From Raillietiella orientalis (taxonomy: Eukaryota), in assembly GCA_036172245.1 (NCBI GenBank), contig JAYWIR010000047.1:496001-560000 (forward strand): DNA of 64,000 nucleotides. The letters are read 5' to 3'. The notes beneath the pieces are model-generated. The model saw only the letters and a list, made by a program, of their open reading frames with translations, did not search any database and was not told where the DNA came from. This document shows, piece by piece, positions 62,655 through 64,000 of the stretch; the stretch's first letter is position 1, and the number at the start of each line of letters is the position of its first letter. The position numbers were made by a program, and so were the translations under genes.

Positions 62655-64000
62655 ATGTCTGAAAATGTAAATCGAGACTCAGGAAAAACCTCGCTTCCTG
62701 TCGAGAATAAATGGTCTCTGTTGTTGACAGCTCAAGAGAACAAGTTGGTGTTTAGTCTCATGGGCACAGGTTGCCAGGTATGCTAATTATAATAATGGCA
62801 CTATTTGATTTCAGTTGTATCTTATCAGTCTCTGTCCACAGCTGTGGTACAAGTTTATTTGACAAAACCTCCTGTTCACAGTCAGTGGCACAAGCATTGT
62901 TGTGGGGTTGCTTGCTTTGTTAAAGACTGCAACCTGTGTTCCTATTATATCCGGGTCTTCAGTATGGATGATAGGAAACTGGTTTGGCAGCAAGAATTAT
63001 ACAACCAGTTCCAATATCATGTGGTTCTTGAGAGATTCCATTCATTTGAAGCAGATGTATGTTGTGTTCAAGGAGGAACCTCAGCTGAAAAAACACCTAT
63101 TTTAGAAAAGCATGGCAGGACTCAACTTTGCCGATAGCCGAGAAGCACAGATGTTTCAGGAAACAATCCAGGGAAGGTTGCAAGAAAAGGAGAGGCGCAA
63201 GCAGCGTAAGCATGACAAAGAAAAAATTCATCCAAAACATAAAAGTAAACTTAGAGAGGAGGCAGATGAATCAGCAGCCTAGGATATCCACACACCAAAA
63301 CGGACAACTGGCGAATAATCATCTTGGGTCTTCTTCTAGCCTGGCCAGCAACAAAAAGCACAAACCCAGACGCTCCATCAATAAGGATGACATTTCATGG
63401 CCAACCAATGTTTACCATGTGCATCATGTGGGTTTTGATAAGGACCTAGGTCTCATACAGCAATACAATGATGTACTAGAGGGTTATCCTGTCAATGAAT
63501 TGCAAGAGTTTCTTCAGTTGGTAAGGATGCAGCATGGTTCCTTTATCCTTGTTTCTCCTATGTTAAGCCTGTGTTTTTGTGTCTCAATAGGCAGGGGTGA
63601 CGAAGAGCCAGTTGCAAAACAAAAAGACTAAGGATTACATTTATAGATTCATTGAAAAAAGGGGAGTGATAGAGGCAATTCAAGAAGTCAAGAAACAGAA
63701 TGCTCCTGAGCCTCCTCCTCCTCTTCCTAGCAGACCCTCAGCAACACCATTAGTAAAGAGTACCACTGTTTCTACAAGCCGTCCTGCTGTGCCATTACCC
63801 CCTGCCCGTACAGAACCCTGTGCTCCAGTTCCCTCAAGTACGTTAAGCAGAAGCCAATACTTCCTTCTAAGCTTGTTGATTTTGCAGCTTCTGCTATACC
63901 ACCGCCACCACCCATACCTCCACCCATGATGCCAGCACCAACTATTAAGGTGACTACATCCAAAGATGAGAAAGATGAGCCGTTAGGCAATGGACCACAA
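62655..64000 (+). CDS. WASp: Wiskott-Aldrich syndrome protein (WASP/N-WASP), 3' end beyond the window
   Basis: Exons 62655-62777, 62829-63056, 63106-63205, 63255-63520, 63591-~63837, ~63889-end. WH1 domain (STAVVQ...CGVACFVKD...WQQELYNQF...FHSFEAD...GLNFAD), basic region, CRIB (DISWPTNVYHVHHVGFD...AGVTKSQL...IYRFIE), then poly-proline. Confidence 0.95.

Overview
Eukaryotic (metazoan, probably arthropod) genomic DNA. AT-rich gene islands alternate with GC-richer blocks of decayed non-LTR retrotransposons. Five protein genes can be reconstructed by eye: holocytochrome c synthase (HCCS, +, 2.9-9.0 kb); an intronless LAP1/LULL1 (torsin-1A-interacting)-like gene (+, 20.3-21.4 kb); a choline transporter-like SLC44/CTL gene (-, 21.4-23.7 kb), whose stop codon is only 28 bp from the previous gene's; a type II PKA regulatory subunit (+, 60.6-62.2 kb); and a WASP/N-WASP gene running off the right edge. 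Most introns are tiny (39-51 nt), several lack a pyrimidine tract, and three in CTL and PKA-R are in-frame and stop-free. About 9-17.5 kb and 24-58 kb hold degenerate L1/Tx1-like LINE relics, so most ORF-track ORFs there are not genes. The most unusual structure is a 942-bp promoter-like cassette present twice, apparently identically (31580-32521, 55161-56102), but in opposite orientation relative to its shared, slightly diverged flanks. It could be a flipped segment or an assembly artefact. Also notable are a hairpin-rich poly(A)-tailed insert between 42-bp direct repeats, a near-identical inverted 560-bp duplication, and a degenerate upstream copy of a PKA-R exon. All family calls come from manual translation and remembered motifs; no searches were run, and TE boundaries are approximate.
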